IMG/VR virus record: IMGVR_UViG_3300010998_000005
Location: 14,095 to 78,094 of that record
DNA: 64,000 bases
From: a virus
Lineage: Duplodnaviria > Caudoviricetes
Reading direction: 5' to 3' (one strand)
Under the pieces are notes generated by a model. That model had not been told where the DNA came from and searched no databases. It saw nothing but the letters and a program-made list of their open reading frames with translations. Shown one piece after another: positions 35,395 to 46,400 of the stretch (positions are counted from its first letter, which is position 1; each line of letters begins with the position of its first letter). The position numbers and the translations under genes are program-made.

Positions 35395-37221
35395 TTATAT
35401 ACTGCTTAAAATATTCAAAACATCGTCACTTACATTTTTTATCTTTTGTGTGTGACGTATACGGCTATCCATTCCTTGTGACATATCACCATTGATATTC
35501 AGCATAGCCATCATATCCTCTGCCCTTAACTGCTTCTTTATAATGCCTGCATCATCACGCAATATTCTGTAACAATCATAGCAAGTGCCACCACAAAGCA
35601 TTATCACGTTATCGAACAAATCGGGCGACATACCTTTCAACAGTTTATGTTGGCTTTTCTTATCCAACATGGTAAACCTGCCATTTGGGGTTTTGTCGAA
35701 TTGAAAGATGCAACTTTCAAAAATCATGTGCTTTAACACCGTAGTAGAACCTATGCGTTTCATATTTTGGTGTGTGTAGCGCATATCGGCAAACCGTGGT
35801 TCATAGTGTATCAAGCCACTTTGTATCATTTCCATAGCAAGATGTGAAGCTTCATCCTTTGCAGTCTTATATTGCGCCTTAGAACGCTTGCTTGGTTGCG
35901 ATGCACCGCTAAATTGTATGGCATTAGGATAACAATCCCTTAGATAGCCAAAGCCTTGCACATCGATGATTATTTGCTTGTCTTGTAGGTTGTGTTGGTT
36001 GCGGAAATCGCTAATCATCATTACCGCCCCCCTATTGTCGTTCTTTACGCTATAACGTATATCACGACAAATAAAGCCGTAGTGTGACCACAATTCCCAA
36101 TATTTCATTACAAGATTGTCAAAGCCCGTAGTTGCCACATCGACGGTCATAAACCTTTTTATCAGTTCGCTGTTGTAGGGTATCTCACGTGGTCGGAACA
36201 TTCTTTCTACATCGGTTGAATGTAGTTGTACGTTAGCCAAGTCCTCTATGTCCTTTTCTTCGTCTGTTATAGAATAGTTCCAGTTGCCCTCGTGTGCAGA
36301 CTTTGCCGTAGCCGAGTTAGCAGCCAAGCCACGATATTGCTTGTTCTTTGCAAGCATCTTCTTGTTGTCACGCACATCAAACGTATAGAATACCATAGAA
36401 AGAATATAATCTTCGTAGGTCATATCCGTGTCTAATGCCAACAAAGCATCTATGTGGTCTTTGCATTTCTCGTAAACCTCACGCTTGGTTCTTCCGAAAT
36501 AAGTTTTTTCAAGGTCGCCCTCTTGCATATTGAGGTACATAACGACACCATCCATAGACTTATCTACCGTACCATCATCGTTTATCCAACCGCCACCATG
36601 TTCACCCTTTCCGCAAAGTTTTCTAAGAAAGCACTCCCTTTCGGGGTTTTGTGCAAGGAATATTTGTGCCTTACCTGCGCTATCGGAACGCAAACGTGGC
36701 ATAAATGATGTTATTGTGCGCCAATCAAACTTGTTACATTCGTCAAAGATAAGTTTCTTTGCCTGCAAGCCCTTTGCTATCTTATCAATCACAATAGGAC
36801 TTTCGTTGTCAAGTTGTTGGAACTTTATCTCACTTCCGTTGTAAAGTTTCAAACCCATATCCGTTTGGTTGCGGATTATCTCACCTATCGGGTCATGGGG
36901 TTGCTTCTTTGCAATCCTATCAATCAAAGGGTACATCTTTTTCAAAGTGTCCGAAACTTTGCCTGCACCCCAGAAGTCACTTACGTTACGCATAAAGCAC
37001 ACAATCTTTGCGTTATCGTTCATTGCAAGGTATTCAATAGGGGCATAATAAAGGGCATAACTCTTGCCGCCTCCTGTCTGACCTGTAAAACAAACAATAT
37101 CCGCATTGCTACGAATGGCATACTTTTGGTTGCCATCCTCCAATGGTGCTAATACTATGTCGTTTCTCTTTCTTGCCATGCTTTCCTTTTCGTGTTGCCA
37201 CAAAGGTAAACATTGTTTCAA
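35395..37221 (-). CDS. Terminase large subunit (probable start MARKRND at 37179)
   Basis: Walker A GQTGGGKS, Walker B LIFDE, nuclease TVDVA...SPDLFD. Confidence 0.9.
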   Translation of the reverse strand: MKQCLPLWQHEKESMARKRNDIVLAPLEDGNQKYAIRSNADIVCFTGQTGGGKSYALYYAPIEYLAMNDNAKIVCFMRNVSDFWGAGKVSDTLKKMYPLIDRIAKKQPHDPIGEIIRNQTDMGLKLYNGSEIKFQQLDNESPIVIDKIAKGLQAKKLIFDECNKFDWRTITSFMPRLRSDSAGKAQIFLAQNPERECFLRKLCGKGEHGGGWINDDGTVDKSMDGVVMYLNMQEGDLEKTYFGRTKREVYEKCKDHIDALLALDTDMTYEDYILSMVFYTFDVRDNKKMLAKNKQYRGLAANSATAKSAHEGNWNYSITDEEKDIEDLANVQLHSTDVERMFRPREIPYNSELIKRFMTVDVATTGFDNLVMKYWELWSHYGFICRDIRYSVKNDNRGAVMMISDFRNQHNLQDKQIIIDVQGFGYLRDCYPNAIQFSGASQPSKRSKAQYKTAKDEASHLAMEMIQSGLIHYEPRFADMRYTHQNMKRIGSTTVLKHMIFESCIFQFDKTPNGRFTMLDKKSQHKLLKGMSPDLFDNVIMLCGGTCYDCYRILRDDAGIIKKQLRAEDMMAMLNINGDMSQGMDSRIRHTQKIKNVSDDVLNILSSI

Positions 37222-37330
37222 TGTTTCGATATTTGGCAGAATGGGAAAGTTTTTGGAAAAAGTGGTATTCCAAAAAAGAAAGTAAACGAAAAGGTATTTT
37301 ATATAGTCTATTTGTTTTTATCTTTGTGGC
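37197..37330. promoter_or_regulatory. Divergent late promoters, both TA(C/T)CTTTGTGGC
   Basis: - strand 37197-37208 and + strand 37319-37330. Confidence 0.65.
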
Positions 37331-37370
37331 AAACAATTATTGTTTAACACGAAAATTATAGTAGAAAACT

Positions 37371-38003
37371 ATGACAAAAGAACAAGCGTTACAGAAAGTA
37401 ACAGATTATTGTACGGAGAAAGCGTACACAAGTGAAACTCTCACGGATGGTTTTAAGGACAAGTTCGCAGAACATTTTGCAAAGCGTTTCCCCGATGCTG
37501 ATGCAGATGACGAAAATGCGATTGCGGAAATGAAATTTGCGCTTAATTCCGCTTTTAGTGGTGCAAGCCTTATCATTACCGAAAAGACAAATGCCTTTAC
37601 ATCGAAAGAAAACGATTACAAGAACCAAATCGCAGAGTTGAACAAGAAACTTGGCACACCAACACCGCCACCGCCAACGGTTACAATACCAAAGGAAGTG
37701 CAAGAGCAGTTGGATGAACTAAAGAAGTTCAAGAACGAAGAGGCAAAGAAAGCCAAATCAAAGAATATTCTTAGTATTGCCAAGAACAACATTCGAGAGG
37801 ACTTACATAGGTCGTTTGAGAACTACGCAAAGGACTTTGTAGTAAACTTGGATGAAGCCGATGAAGAGCAAGCCAAGAAATTGACCGCTCGTTTCCAAGA
37901 AATCTTCAAGGATAGTATTGGTGACATAAAACCTTTCAAGCCACAGCAGACGCAGAAGCAAGAAGATGAAATCATCGGCAAGGTAAAGAAAGTAGAAATC
38001 TGA
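37371..38003 (+). CDS. Capsid scaffolding protein
   Basis: Helical, charged, with a Pro-rich linker; first gene of the head operon. Confidence 0.6.
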   Translation: MTKEQALQKVTDYCTEKAYTSETLTDGFKDKFAEHFAKRFPDADADDENAIAEMKFALNSAFSGASLIITEKTNAFTSKENDYKNQIAELNKKLGTPTPPPPTVTIPKEVQEQLDELKKFKNEEAKKAKSKNILSIAKNNIREDLHRSFENYAKDFVVNLDEADEEQAKKLTARFQEIFKDSIGDIKPFKPQQTQKQEDEIIGKVKKVEI

Positions 38004-38034
38004 TTTTTTAACAACAACTTAAAACTTAATTATC

Positions 38035-38721
38035 ATGGTTACAAACCTTGGATTTTATTTTGAAACGCAAAAGGAAGTACGTGGTGGTAAGTTCGTTTGG
38101 TGGGGTGATACCAATCCTACCTTGAAGAAGAACCAGTTGCTTGGTGGTGATTTGCTCAACCCTAAGAAGGGCTTTGACCATTTCTACGCAGGACAACTTG
38201 GTAAGTATGTGCCAGGAGGTGGTCTTTCCGAGGACACCGAGGGTATTACCATTTATCGTGCTTTTGCGCCAAAGGAGGCTGCAAGTGCAAGCACCACTAT
38301 TGTTCTTAACGCTACGGGTTGGGATGATGCACCCGAAGCAGGTATGCTGATTATGGTTGCTCCTGATACTGCTTCTACTACGGGTCAGTCTGCAAAGATT
38401 ACCAACGTAGAGTATGACAAGGAGGAGGAGAAGTTTACCGTTACTGTTGACACCGAACTTACCGTTGCCACTACCGATATTCTCGTAGAGGCAAAGGGTG
38501 ACGAGGCAAGCAGCGAGGCAACACCACTTGTTGACTATGTTAATATGTGGGTACTTGCCGACGAGGATTTGCTTCCTACCGACGGCTTTGGTATCAAGAA
38601 TGGTCACTACTATATGTCTGGCGTAAGCGGTTGCGCTGCTTACATTGGTCGTATGCAACCATTGGCAAAGTACATCCTTGCACAGAACAAGTCACTTATT
38701 GACGGAGTGTTTGAACTTTAA
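38035..38721 (+). CDS. Head decoration / auxiliary capsid protein
   Basis: Position between the scaffold and the major capsid gene; beta-rich. Confidence 0.55.
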   Translation: MVTNLGFYFETQKEVRGGKFVWWGDTNPTLKKNQLLGGDLLNPKKGFDHFYAGQLGKYVPGGGLSEDTEGITIYRAFAPKEAASASTTIVLNATGWDDAPEAGMLIMVAPDTASTTGQSAKITNVEYDKEEEKFTVTVDTELTVATTDILVEAKGDEASSEATPLVDYVNMWVLADEDLLPTDGFGIKNGHYYMSGVSGCAAYIGRMQPLAKYILAQNKSLIDGVFEL

Positions 38722-38744
38722 TAAAAAGAAAGGAGAAACAAGAT

Positions 38745-40010
38745 ATGGCAAACGCATATAAATATCCAGATAATCCGCAAGCACTTGTTGAAAAGCTTTA
38801 TGCAAAGGGTTTGCTTAACGAAGGTGGCAACGGATTTGTACAGAAGTTGATTGACCAAAGCATTGTTCTTAATGCCAATCGCTTCTTCTGGCAGGAAAAC
38901 TTTACCGTTGAGGGCAACGAGTATCAAATAGACCTTGGCGCAACGAAGAAGAACCCTGCTTGGACTGTAAGAATGAAGACTAACCGACCAGTACCTACCG
39001 CTGATGCGATGGCACCTCTGAGTGAAACCGCACAACTTGACGGAGAGGGTTACATCGAGAAGTCAGGCTCTATCCACCAATGGGGTAAAGGACTTTATGA
39101 CACTACAATGTCTAAGTTGGAACTCCAAGCACGTCTTCGTGAACTTGGTAGCGTAGATGCAGACCTTCTTGATGGTTATGTACGTGGCGTGGCAGCCCTT
39201 ACCGCTACACACATGTATACACTTAGCCACATTGCAGCACAGACCATTTCTAAGGGTGGTGCTTACGACAACTCTAAGATTAAGGGCTTCTCTGCAATTA
39301 ATGTCAACCAAGATGCTTACATTCCACAAGCAAACTTCAAGACCGCAGGTGCAAAGGTTTGGGCAGATGCCGATTGTGATATACCATCACAGATGCAAAA
39401 GATTGAGCAAGATTTCAAGATGGCTAACAACATTGCCGAGGACGCTCCTTTTGTATGGCAGATACCTTACGACATCCTTATTTCCGTATTCTTGAACAAT
39501 CAGTACGTTAAGGAAGAGGTAAATCGTTACATTCGCCTTTACGCACCCGATAAGGTTGTTGTCATACAGGCAAATGGCACATCAAGCATTGATGCACAGA
39601 CCATTTCGCTTGAACAGCTTATCGAGTACAGCCGTAACACCAACATCTCCAAGATTGCGCCTATTATGGTTGCAAAGGAGTCGCAAGTGGTACAGGACAT
39701 CAAGACTATCAGGACTGTTAGCGGATGGGAGCAAGGCAAGGTTGTTCTTCGCCCACTTGGTGATAATGGCAAGTGCGGTGTTATCGTTCACGCACAAGTA
39801 GCCGATGTTGAGATGATAGGCACAGGTGAGATTAACAATTCTGTAACTGCTAATGCAAGCAAGATTGCTAATTTCCTCTATCTGCTTAACGAGGTGTCTA
39901 ACGATGGTAAGTACAAGAAGTACGCAACCAAGGTTATTGGTCGCTACGGTACGGTACTGACCGAGGCTATGCAACACGTGGTAGTTGATATAACAACCGC
40001 TGATGCATAA
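38745..40010 (+). CDS. Major capsid protein (HK97 fold, lambda gpE-like)
   Basis: 421 aa, head-operon position, strongly biased codon usage. Confidence 0.8.
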   Translation: MANAYKYPDNPQALVEKLYAKGLLNEGGNGFVQKLIDQSIVLNANRFFWQENFTVEGNEYQIDLGATKKNPAWTVRMKTNRPVPTADAMAPLSETAQLDGEGYIEKSGSIHQWGKGLYDTTMSKLELQARLRELGSVDADLLDGYVRGVAALTATHMYTLSHIAAQTISKGGAYDNSKIKGFSAINVNQDAYIPQANFKTAGAKVWADADCDIPSQMQKIEQDFKMANNIAEDAPFVWQIPYDILISVFLNNQYVKEEVNRYIRLYAPDKVVVIQANGTSSIDAQTISLEQLIEYSRNTNISKIAPIMVAKESQVVQDIKTIRTVSGWEQGKVVLRPLGDNGKCGVIVHAQVADVEMIGTGEINNSVTANASKIANFLYLLNEVSNDGKYKKYATKVIGRYGTVLTEAMQHVVVDITTADA

Positions 40011-40062
40011 AGCCACGCACGCTTAAAAGGATTGTAGTAGAAACTTGTAAAGATTTAATACG

Positions 40063-40446
40063 ATGACGGTACTTGAATGGCTTAGAGCATCTACAAGATA
40101 CACCTTTGAGGATGAAACCTTTAAGAAGATTGCATTGGATAGGGAATGTAACCTTGAAGATGATGTATATGGCGAAAGTGTAACGAAGCGTCAAAGGGAA
40201 CTTATGACTGCCGATATTATATTCACAGCCGTACTTCTAAGTCCTTCAAATACCGCTTCTTTAAGTCAATCCCACAATGGTTTTCAAAAGACCATAGGGC
40301 AAGAGCAGGATTTCTACCAAGATGAAAAGATAAAGTACGCAATAAGCATCTATAGCTTGTACGAAGATGAGCGTGGTGACATCTTAGAGGCTGCGACAAG
40401 GAAGAAGATTACCTTTATACCAATCGTTGATGTAGATAGGCTATGA
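40063..40446 (+). CDS. Head-tail connector (adaptor) protein
   Basis: Synteny after the MCP; helical. Confidence 0.55.
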   Translation: MTVLEWLRASTRYTFEDETFKKIALDRECNLEDDVYGESVTKRQRELMTADIIFTAVLLSPSNTASLSQSHNGFQKTIGQEQDFYQDEKIKYAISIYSLYEDERGDILEAATRKKITFIPIVDVDRL

Positions 40447-40778
40447 TAAGGGGTGAGATAGATGAATACCCTTACGAGGGAACGATAACACGCACCGTTG
40501 AGGGTAGTGGTAGAGATGAAGATGAAACCATCGTTGTCTATCAAGGCAAGATGGATGAACACATGGTAACGGACGAAGAGGGTCGTTCCTTGCAGACATC
40601 ATCTTATATCATTTCCATACCCTTGGTTCAAAACGAAAATGGTGTGTGGTGTATTCCTAAGAAAGGTGACAATATCGAACTTGTGCGCTATGGTGAAACG
40701 ATAGAATTTAATGTTGACAATGCCGAGCCATCGCAAATAGGTGGTGTAAGTGTTTACGCATCAAGAAACAGTTGGTAG
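40443..40778 (+). CDS. Head closure (stopper) protein
   Basis: Synteny; small beta protein. Confidence 0.55.
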   Translation: MIRGEIDEYPYEGTITRTVEGSGRDEDETIVVYQGKMDEHMVTDEEGRSLQTSSYIISIPLVQNENGVWCIPKKGDNIELVRYGETIEFNVDNAEPSQIGGVSVYASRNSW

Positions 40779-40790
40779 TTCAAGGTATAT

Positions 40791-41504
40791 ATGGCAAGGG
40801 TTTACATAAAAGGTCTAAATGCTTACTTGAAAAAGTATGGCAAAGATTTGAAGAAAGAGATTTCTGGCAAGCAGACCGCAAACCTTTTGGAATATGCTAA
40901 GAACACTATACAAAGTATTGGTGACAAGATAGCATCTTACAGTAGCGCAAACAATCTTGACAGAACGGGCAATTTGCTTGATAGTCTATGTTGGGGATTG
41001 GTGTATAATGGCAAACTTGTTGGCAAAGGTTTCTACCGACCACAAAAGGCATCGGAAGAGTCTCATTTGCACGAATGGATGTCAAGCGACATTTCTTCTT
41101 TGTTTCCTGTTTACGGTCACGGACTTGCAGAGCAATTTATCCAAAGGTTTGCTAAAAGAAATGGTAGCGGACAAGGTTGGAGGGTTTTCTTTGCTGTTCT
41201 TGCACCTTATTGGGGATATTGGGAAGAAGGGTTTACGATGGTACATGGCTGGAGCAACAATGGCGGGAAGAGTAAATTTATGGGTGCTACATTTAAGCAG
41301 TTCGCCGTAATGACAGAGTTCTACGATGTCGTAAAATCGGACTTAAAGCCTGCAAAGGTTACTTTCCATAACTATGTGCCAAAGTACAACACCAACAAGA
41401 AGAACAATCTTCAAAGTTTGCGTAAGAGTACCGCTAACCAACCATACAAAGAGACAAGGCATTTTAAGAATATACCACGTATCAAGACAAAGGGCAAGAA
41501 GTAA
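40791..41504 (+). CDS. Neck / HK97 gp10-like protein
   Basis: DRTGNLLDSL and YWGYWEEG motifs resemble gp10-like proteins. Confidence 0.55.
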   Translation: MARVYIKGLNAYLKKYGKDLKKEISGKQTANLLEYAKNTIQSIGDKIASYSSANNLDRTGNLLDSLCWGLVYNGKLVGKGFYRPQKASEESHLHEWMSSDISSLFPVYGHGLAEQFIQRFAKRNGSGQGWRVFFAVLAPYWGYWEEGFTMVHGWSNNGGKSKFMGATFKQFAVMTEFYDVVKSDLKPAKVTFHNYVPKYNTNKKNNLQSLRKSTANQPYKETRHFKNIPRIKTKGKK

Positions 41505-41950
41505 TGTTTGAAAAGTCAAGAATAGCGATATACGATTATTTGTATAACTTGTTTTATGACACGGTAACAAAGAACGTGTATTCTATGCACGAACCGCAAG
41601 AACTTATCCAAAGTGACACAAAGGATGGCTTTCTTGTAATTCGTGTTGGTGACATACAAGATATGAGTGAGTTCAGGGCAAACGCATACGGACAAGTTCG
41701 TTGCTACGTTGAAGCCTATGTACCGCCTATGTCACGTGGTCGCCTTGATTACAGCAAATACGAAGCCTTTGAGAATAAAATCGAACATGTGATAGAAGAA
41801 GAAATTGCAAGTGGTGGCAATGGCGACTATTCCATACAAGACGAGGAAATCTTGTCTATGGACACGAAAGAGGACAGCCAAAGCAACAACCAATATTTCT
41901 TGTTCATCAAATCCTTTATAGTGACAATTAACAAAGAAAGTATTTCATAA
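41504..41950 (+). CDS. Tail terminator protein
   Basis: Synteny immediately before the tail tube gene. Confidence 0.55.
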   Translation: MFEKSRIAIYDYLYNLFYDTVTKNVYSMHEPQELIQSDTKDGFLVIRVGDIQDMSEFRANAYGQVRCYVEAYVPPMSRGRLDYSKYEAFENKIEHVIEEEIASGGNGDYSIQDEEILSMDTKEDSQSNNQYFLFIKSFIVTINKESIS

Positions 41951-41993
41951 TCATATTATTCATTATTAACCAAACTTAGAAAGGAAACAAGTT

Positions 41994-42482
41994 ATGGCAA
42001 CAAAGAAAACAACCTTAAAGACCGCTTCGCTTGGCTATCGTGCCGTTGGCGGTAGTGGTGATTACACTATGGTAATGGGTGTTTTGAAGGGTCTTACCCT
42101 TTCACAAGACGAGCCAGATGCAACCGAGATTGAGGCAGAGTTCTATGACACGCCGTTTGACATCAGTTACGATGGCAACCCACCCGTAATGTCTTTCTCT
42201 CTTGTGAACTTTGCGCTTGATGAACTGCCAAATATTTTTGGTGGCGAGTATGATAGCACAACCGACACTTACACCTTTGCACCAAATGCATATTCAAGCG
42301 AGTGGGAGTGGAAGCTGGAGTTCCAAAAGGGTAACAAGGCATACGTTATCCATCGTGGCGTAACACTTGGTACTATTTCCAAGGAAGAGGACGGTGCTTT
42401 GCAGTTCAATGTGACCGTTACAGGTCTTACAACCGACGACAGCAAGGTACAGTCTATTGTTGGTAGCACTACCAATTCTTAA
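41994..42482 (+). CDS. Major tail (tube) protein
   Basis: 162 aa beta-sandwich pattern; synteny before the chaperone and tape measure genes. Confidence 0.75.
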   Translation: MATKKTTLKTASLGYRAVGGSGDYTMVMGVLKGLTLSQDEPDATEIEAEFYDTPFDISYDGNPPVMSFSLVNFALDELPNIFGGEYDSTTDTYTFAPNAYSSEWEWKLEFQKGNKAYVIHRGVTLGTISKEEDGALQFNVTVTGLTTDDSKVQSIVGSTTNS

Positions 42483-42519
42483 TAAAAAAAACAAATTTCT
42501 TTTTGTTTTCGTGTGAACG

Positions 42520-42561
42520 TGGGGAGGCGTTTATTGGGGTGTCCCCGATGATGTCTCCCCA
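42520..42561 (+). terminator. Hairpin between tail tube and chaperone genes
   Basis: TGGGGAGGCGT/ATGTCTCCCCA outer stem with inner GGGG/CCCC. Confidence 0.55.
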
Positions 42562-42564
42562 TTT

Positions 42565-43272
42565 ATGTTTATTCGGAAACAAAGCAGAAAAAAAAAGAAA
42601 ACGAAAAGGAAAGTTTTACACGAACAACAAAAGAAAGGGAAGAAAGATATGCAGTTATCGGGAAAGAAGATACGTGAATCACAGAAGAAGAAGCAAGAGG
42701 CACTTGATAGGCTTGAAGAAGAACTCAGTGACTTTTCTATTGACGTAAAGCGTGAAATAGCCGACATAATCAATGACTGCCCTACCATAGTACGTTTAGG
42801 TGAAAAGGACTATGTGATGAAAGATTTGCGTTTTTATAGCATCTATCGCATCTTTAACCTTGCTTACAAGATGATAAAGGCAGATGAAAAGTTAGATGAT
42901 GACAACAAGGTTATTGTGGCTTTGTGTACCGATTTGGATGCTATGTGTGAGATAATGGCAATTATACTTTGCAATCACTTGTTTACGGCAGAAGGTGCAA
43001 AGACCTATGATGATATAGAAAGTTTGCGCACAAGGAATGACAAGATGGTTGAAATAATGAAAGCCAAGGTAATGTATTCCACCTACGATACTAACCAATG
43101 GGGTGCGATAGTGATTGGTGCTATAAAGTCTATTGATTTAGGCGGTTTTTTTTTACTCAAAAAATCGGTGAATACGCTTTTAACTTCGCATCTGTCGAGG
43201 AAGAAGAAGTCAGTGGAGACAGCCTCACAATTTACGGAAGCACAGTCGTTGCGGATGCTTCAGACTTCTTAA
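42565..43272 (+). CDS. Tail assembly chaperone (G form; probable start MQLSGKK ~42649)
   Basis: Synteny before the tape measure gene; contains a slippery T9. Confidence 0.7.
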   Translation: MFIRKQSRKKKKTKRKVLHEQQKKGKKDMQLSGKKIRESQKKKQEALDRLEEELSDFSIDVKREIADIINDCPTIVRLGEKDYVMKDLRFYSIYRIFNLAYKMIKADEKLDDDNKVIVALCTDLDAMCEIMAIILCNHLFTAEGAKTYDDIESLRTRNDKMVEIMKAKVMYSTYDTNQWGAIVIGAIKSIDLGGFFLLKKSVNTLLTSHLSRKKKSVETASQFTEAQSLRMLQTS

Positions 43273-43469
43273 AGGTTTTCACGCAATACACCCTTGACGA
43301 CTATCTTTTTAATCTTAGTGTGGCGCAGATACAATTCATGTCAATAGACAACACCCACACAAAATACTTGAAAGGTGCGGATAAAAAGGCTTGGAATGCC
43401 TATGCCGATGCCTTGAAAGGTCAAAAGCAAGTATCAAGTTTTCTTGGTGGCTTGGATAACAAGGAATAA
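43146..43469 (+). CDS. Tail assembly chaperone -1 frameshift extension (GT form)
   Basis: The -1 frame is open from the T9 tract (43146-43154) to TAA 43469: FTQKIGEYAFNFASVEEEEVSGDSLTIYG...SFLGGLDNKE*. Confidence 0.75.
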   Translation, partial: FFFTQKIGEYAFNFASVEEEEVSGDSLTIYGSTVVADASDFLKVFTQYTLDDYLFNLSVAQIQFMSIDNTHTKYLKGADKKAWNAYADALKGQKQVSSFLGGLDNKE

Positions 43470-43498
43470 CAACAACTACAAAATAAGAATATAGCATT

Positions 43499-46400
43499 AT
43501 GGCAGCAACAGAACCAACGATTATAGTCGGAAAATTAGATGACAAGGCGTTACAAGAGTCTATCGACAAACTTATTTCCGATGTTAACAACAAGTTAAAC
43601 GGAAGTGATGGTCTTGCAGGTAAGTTTAAGAGTGGTATAGAGGCAATGCAAAATAGCCTAAACTCTTTTGCGACCACCATAAAAGCCGTCAAAGGTGACG
43701 TTGGTGATATGTCAAAGTCCTTTGAGGCTATGTTCAAGGCTATGAGTGGTACTGGTGGTAGTGGTGCAAGTGGCGGTGGAAAAGGTGGTACTACAAGTGG
43801 TGCATCTACAACCGCATCTGCACCAAACACTATTGGCGAACTTAAAGAGCAAATTAAGTTGCAAGGTCAAATTGTAGACCAACAAGTAAGAAGTACGGCA
43901 GAAAAGGAACGCCAAGTAAACAAACAACGTCAACTTACAAACGAACTTGAAAAAGAACTTCGTAGCACTGCACAATCAAGGTTGCAAAGAGGATTAAATA
44001 TGCAACCCCAAGGTTTAGACGAAGCACAAAGAAAATTACAATATCTGCAAGCCGTACAACGTAGATATGCAAACACTACACAACTTAGCGCACAAGAGCA
44101 AAGAAATCTTGCTAACGCTATTGCAGGAACACAAAGGGAAATTGCAAAGATAAACAATACACGCCCAAAAACCTTAAAAGAGGTGCTTGGTATGGATGAA
44201 AGTAGCGTGGATGCCATAACACGTAAGATGCGCGAATTAAAGCGCGTACAAATAGACACAAACGATGCAACGCAAGTCAAGAACTTGGCAAGCAAATATC
44301 AAGAACTTACAAACAAGCGGCGTGAAATGCTTGGTCAAAACCAGTTATTAGAAAACTCTAACCTTTCACTTGCTCGTTCATTCAACTACATACGCAACCG
44401 ACTTGTGTATGCTTTTACTATTGGTGCGGTAGTAAACTTTACAAAGGAAATTGTAAGGGTAAGGGCAGAATACGAAATGCTTGACCGTTCACTTGGTATT
44501 CTTATAGGTGACATGGAAAAGGGAACGCAGATTTTCAATGAATTAAACGAAATGGCATTGAAATCTCCGTTTACCTTGATAGAACTTGGTACGGCTGCGA
44601 AGCAACTTACGGCATACAACTTCGCCGCTAACGAGGTTGTAGATACTACACGCAGATTGGCAGATATCAGTGCTGCTTTGGGCGTACCTATGGAACGTCT
44701 GACCTATAACTTAGGACAGATTAAGGCGCAAGGTGTATTGAACGCACGTGATGCACGTGACTTTGCCAACGCAGGTTTGGCTATCGTGCCTATGCTTGCA
44801 CAACTTTACACAAAGCAAAAGAGATTTGGTGATGAAATAGTTACTACGGCACAAGTGTATGATATGATGTCAAAGAAGATGGTATCATACGGTGATGTGT
44901 TGCACGTACTTACGGACATCACCGATGAGGGTGGTAAATTCTTTGATTTCCAAGCAAAGCAAGCCGACACGTTAAAGGTGCAACTTGCAAACCTTACTTT
45001 GGCATACAACAATATGCTAAACGAAATAGGCACGGACAATCAAGGTGTTATTTCGGGCGCATTGGGTCTGCTAAGAAGTTTGGCGCAAAACTGGAAAACG
45101 GTGAAGAACGCAATCCTTACCGTTGTGACTGCCCTTGGAGCATACAAGGGGGCTTTGATGCTTGCCTATTTATGGAGCAAGAGGGTAGCTGCAGGGGAAA
45201 CGATAAAGGCATTTTATGAACTTGCGAAATCTGTAAAGACTGCCAAAGATGCAATGATTTTGTTCAATACCGTTTGTAAAGCAAATCCTTTGGGAATATT
45301 TGTTAGTTTACTTGCAACCGCAGGTGCGGCTTTCCTTGTGTTTGGCGATGATGTAGATGAAGTATCCGAAAATGTAGAAATGTTTGGAGAAAATGCTTGG
45401 CAAACCGTAAGCAAAGTCAAGTCTTTACAAAAGGTGTTGCTTGGATTGGATGAAAATACTTCTACTTATAAAAAGACATTACAAGAACTTAACGGTATAT
45501 TAGACGAATACGGCATAACGGAGATAAAGAACCGTGATGAGATAAACAAAAAGATAGAGCAAACAATCGCCTTAATAGAAGAAGAGGCTTCTGCACGCCA
45601 ATATGCTAACCAAATGGCAAAAGGTGAAGAAACCTACAATAAAGCCGTTGCAGATGCCAATAGTAAACTTTCAAGTGAATACAACGATTTATTTAAGGGG
45701 GTATTTGGTTATGACAAGGCAATGGCTGAACAGATGGCTAATGCCTTTACAAGTGTCACTGCGCAAATCATACAAGCGAACATAAAAAGTGTCATCAACA
45801 AAACTGGGGATGAATACGAAAAGGGTGTAGTACAAATAAAGGTACGTTTGGAGGATGCTTTCAGAAAAATGGGATATAGCGAAGTGCAGATTTCCATGAT
45901 TATGAGAGAAATGAAAGGCGATATTGATGATAACATAGAGTCAGTAAAACAAGCCACCGAAGCACAAAATGCACACAACGAGGTTATAGAAAAGGCTTAT
46001 AGCAAAGGACAAAAACTAAGCAAGGGCGTACTTGCCTTCAACCAAAAGTTGCAAGCACAAAGGAAAGTTATGACCGATGCTTCTACGGATGCCAAAACCT
46101 TGTATAATCGCATATATAGCATTGTTGACCTTGCAAAGAAGAATAGCAAGAATACTATTACTTTCGACCTGCAACTTACGGCAACAAACCCACCAAAGTG
46201 GATGAAGAACTTTTCCGATGAAAGGATAAGGGAACTTGCAGTTTCTTTCGGTGCAATCGCAGCCGCAGGTGGTCGCGCAAAGGGTATGACGAGGGAACAA
46301 ACCCTACAAAGGTCTTTGGAATATGCGAGCGAGAATAGGTTGCGTGAAGAAGCCAAGGCAAGCGACAAGGCAGACAAAACCTCCAAGACACGCACGAAGC

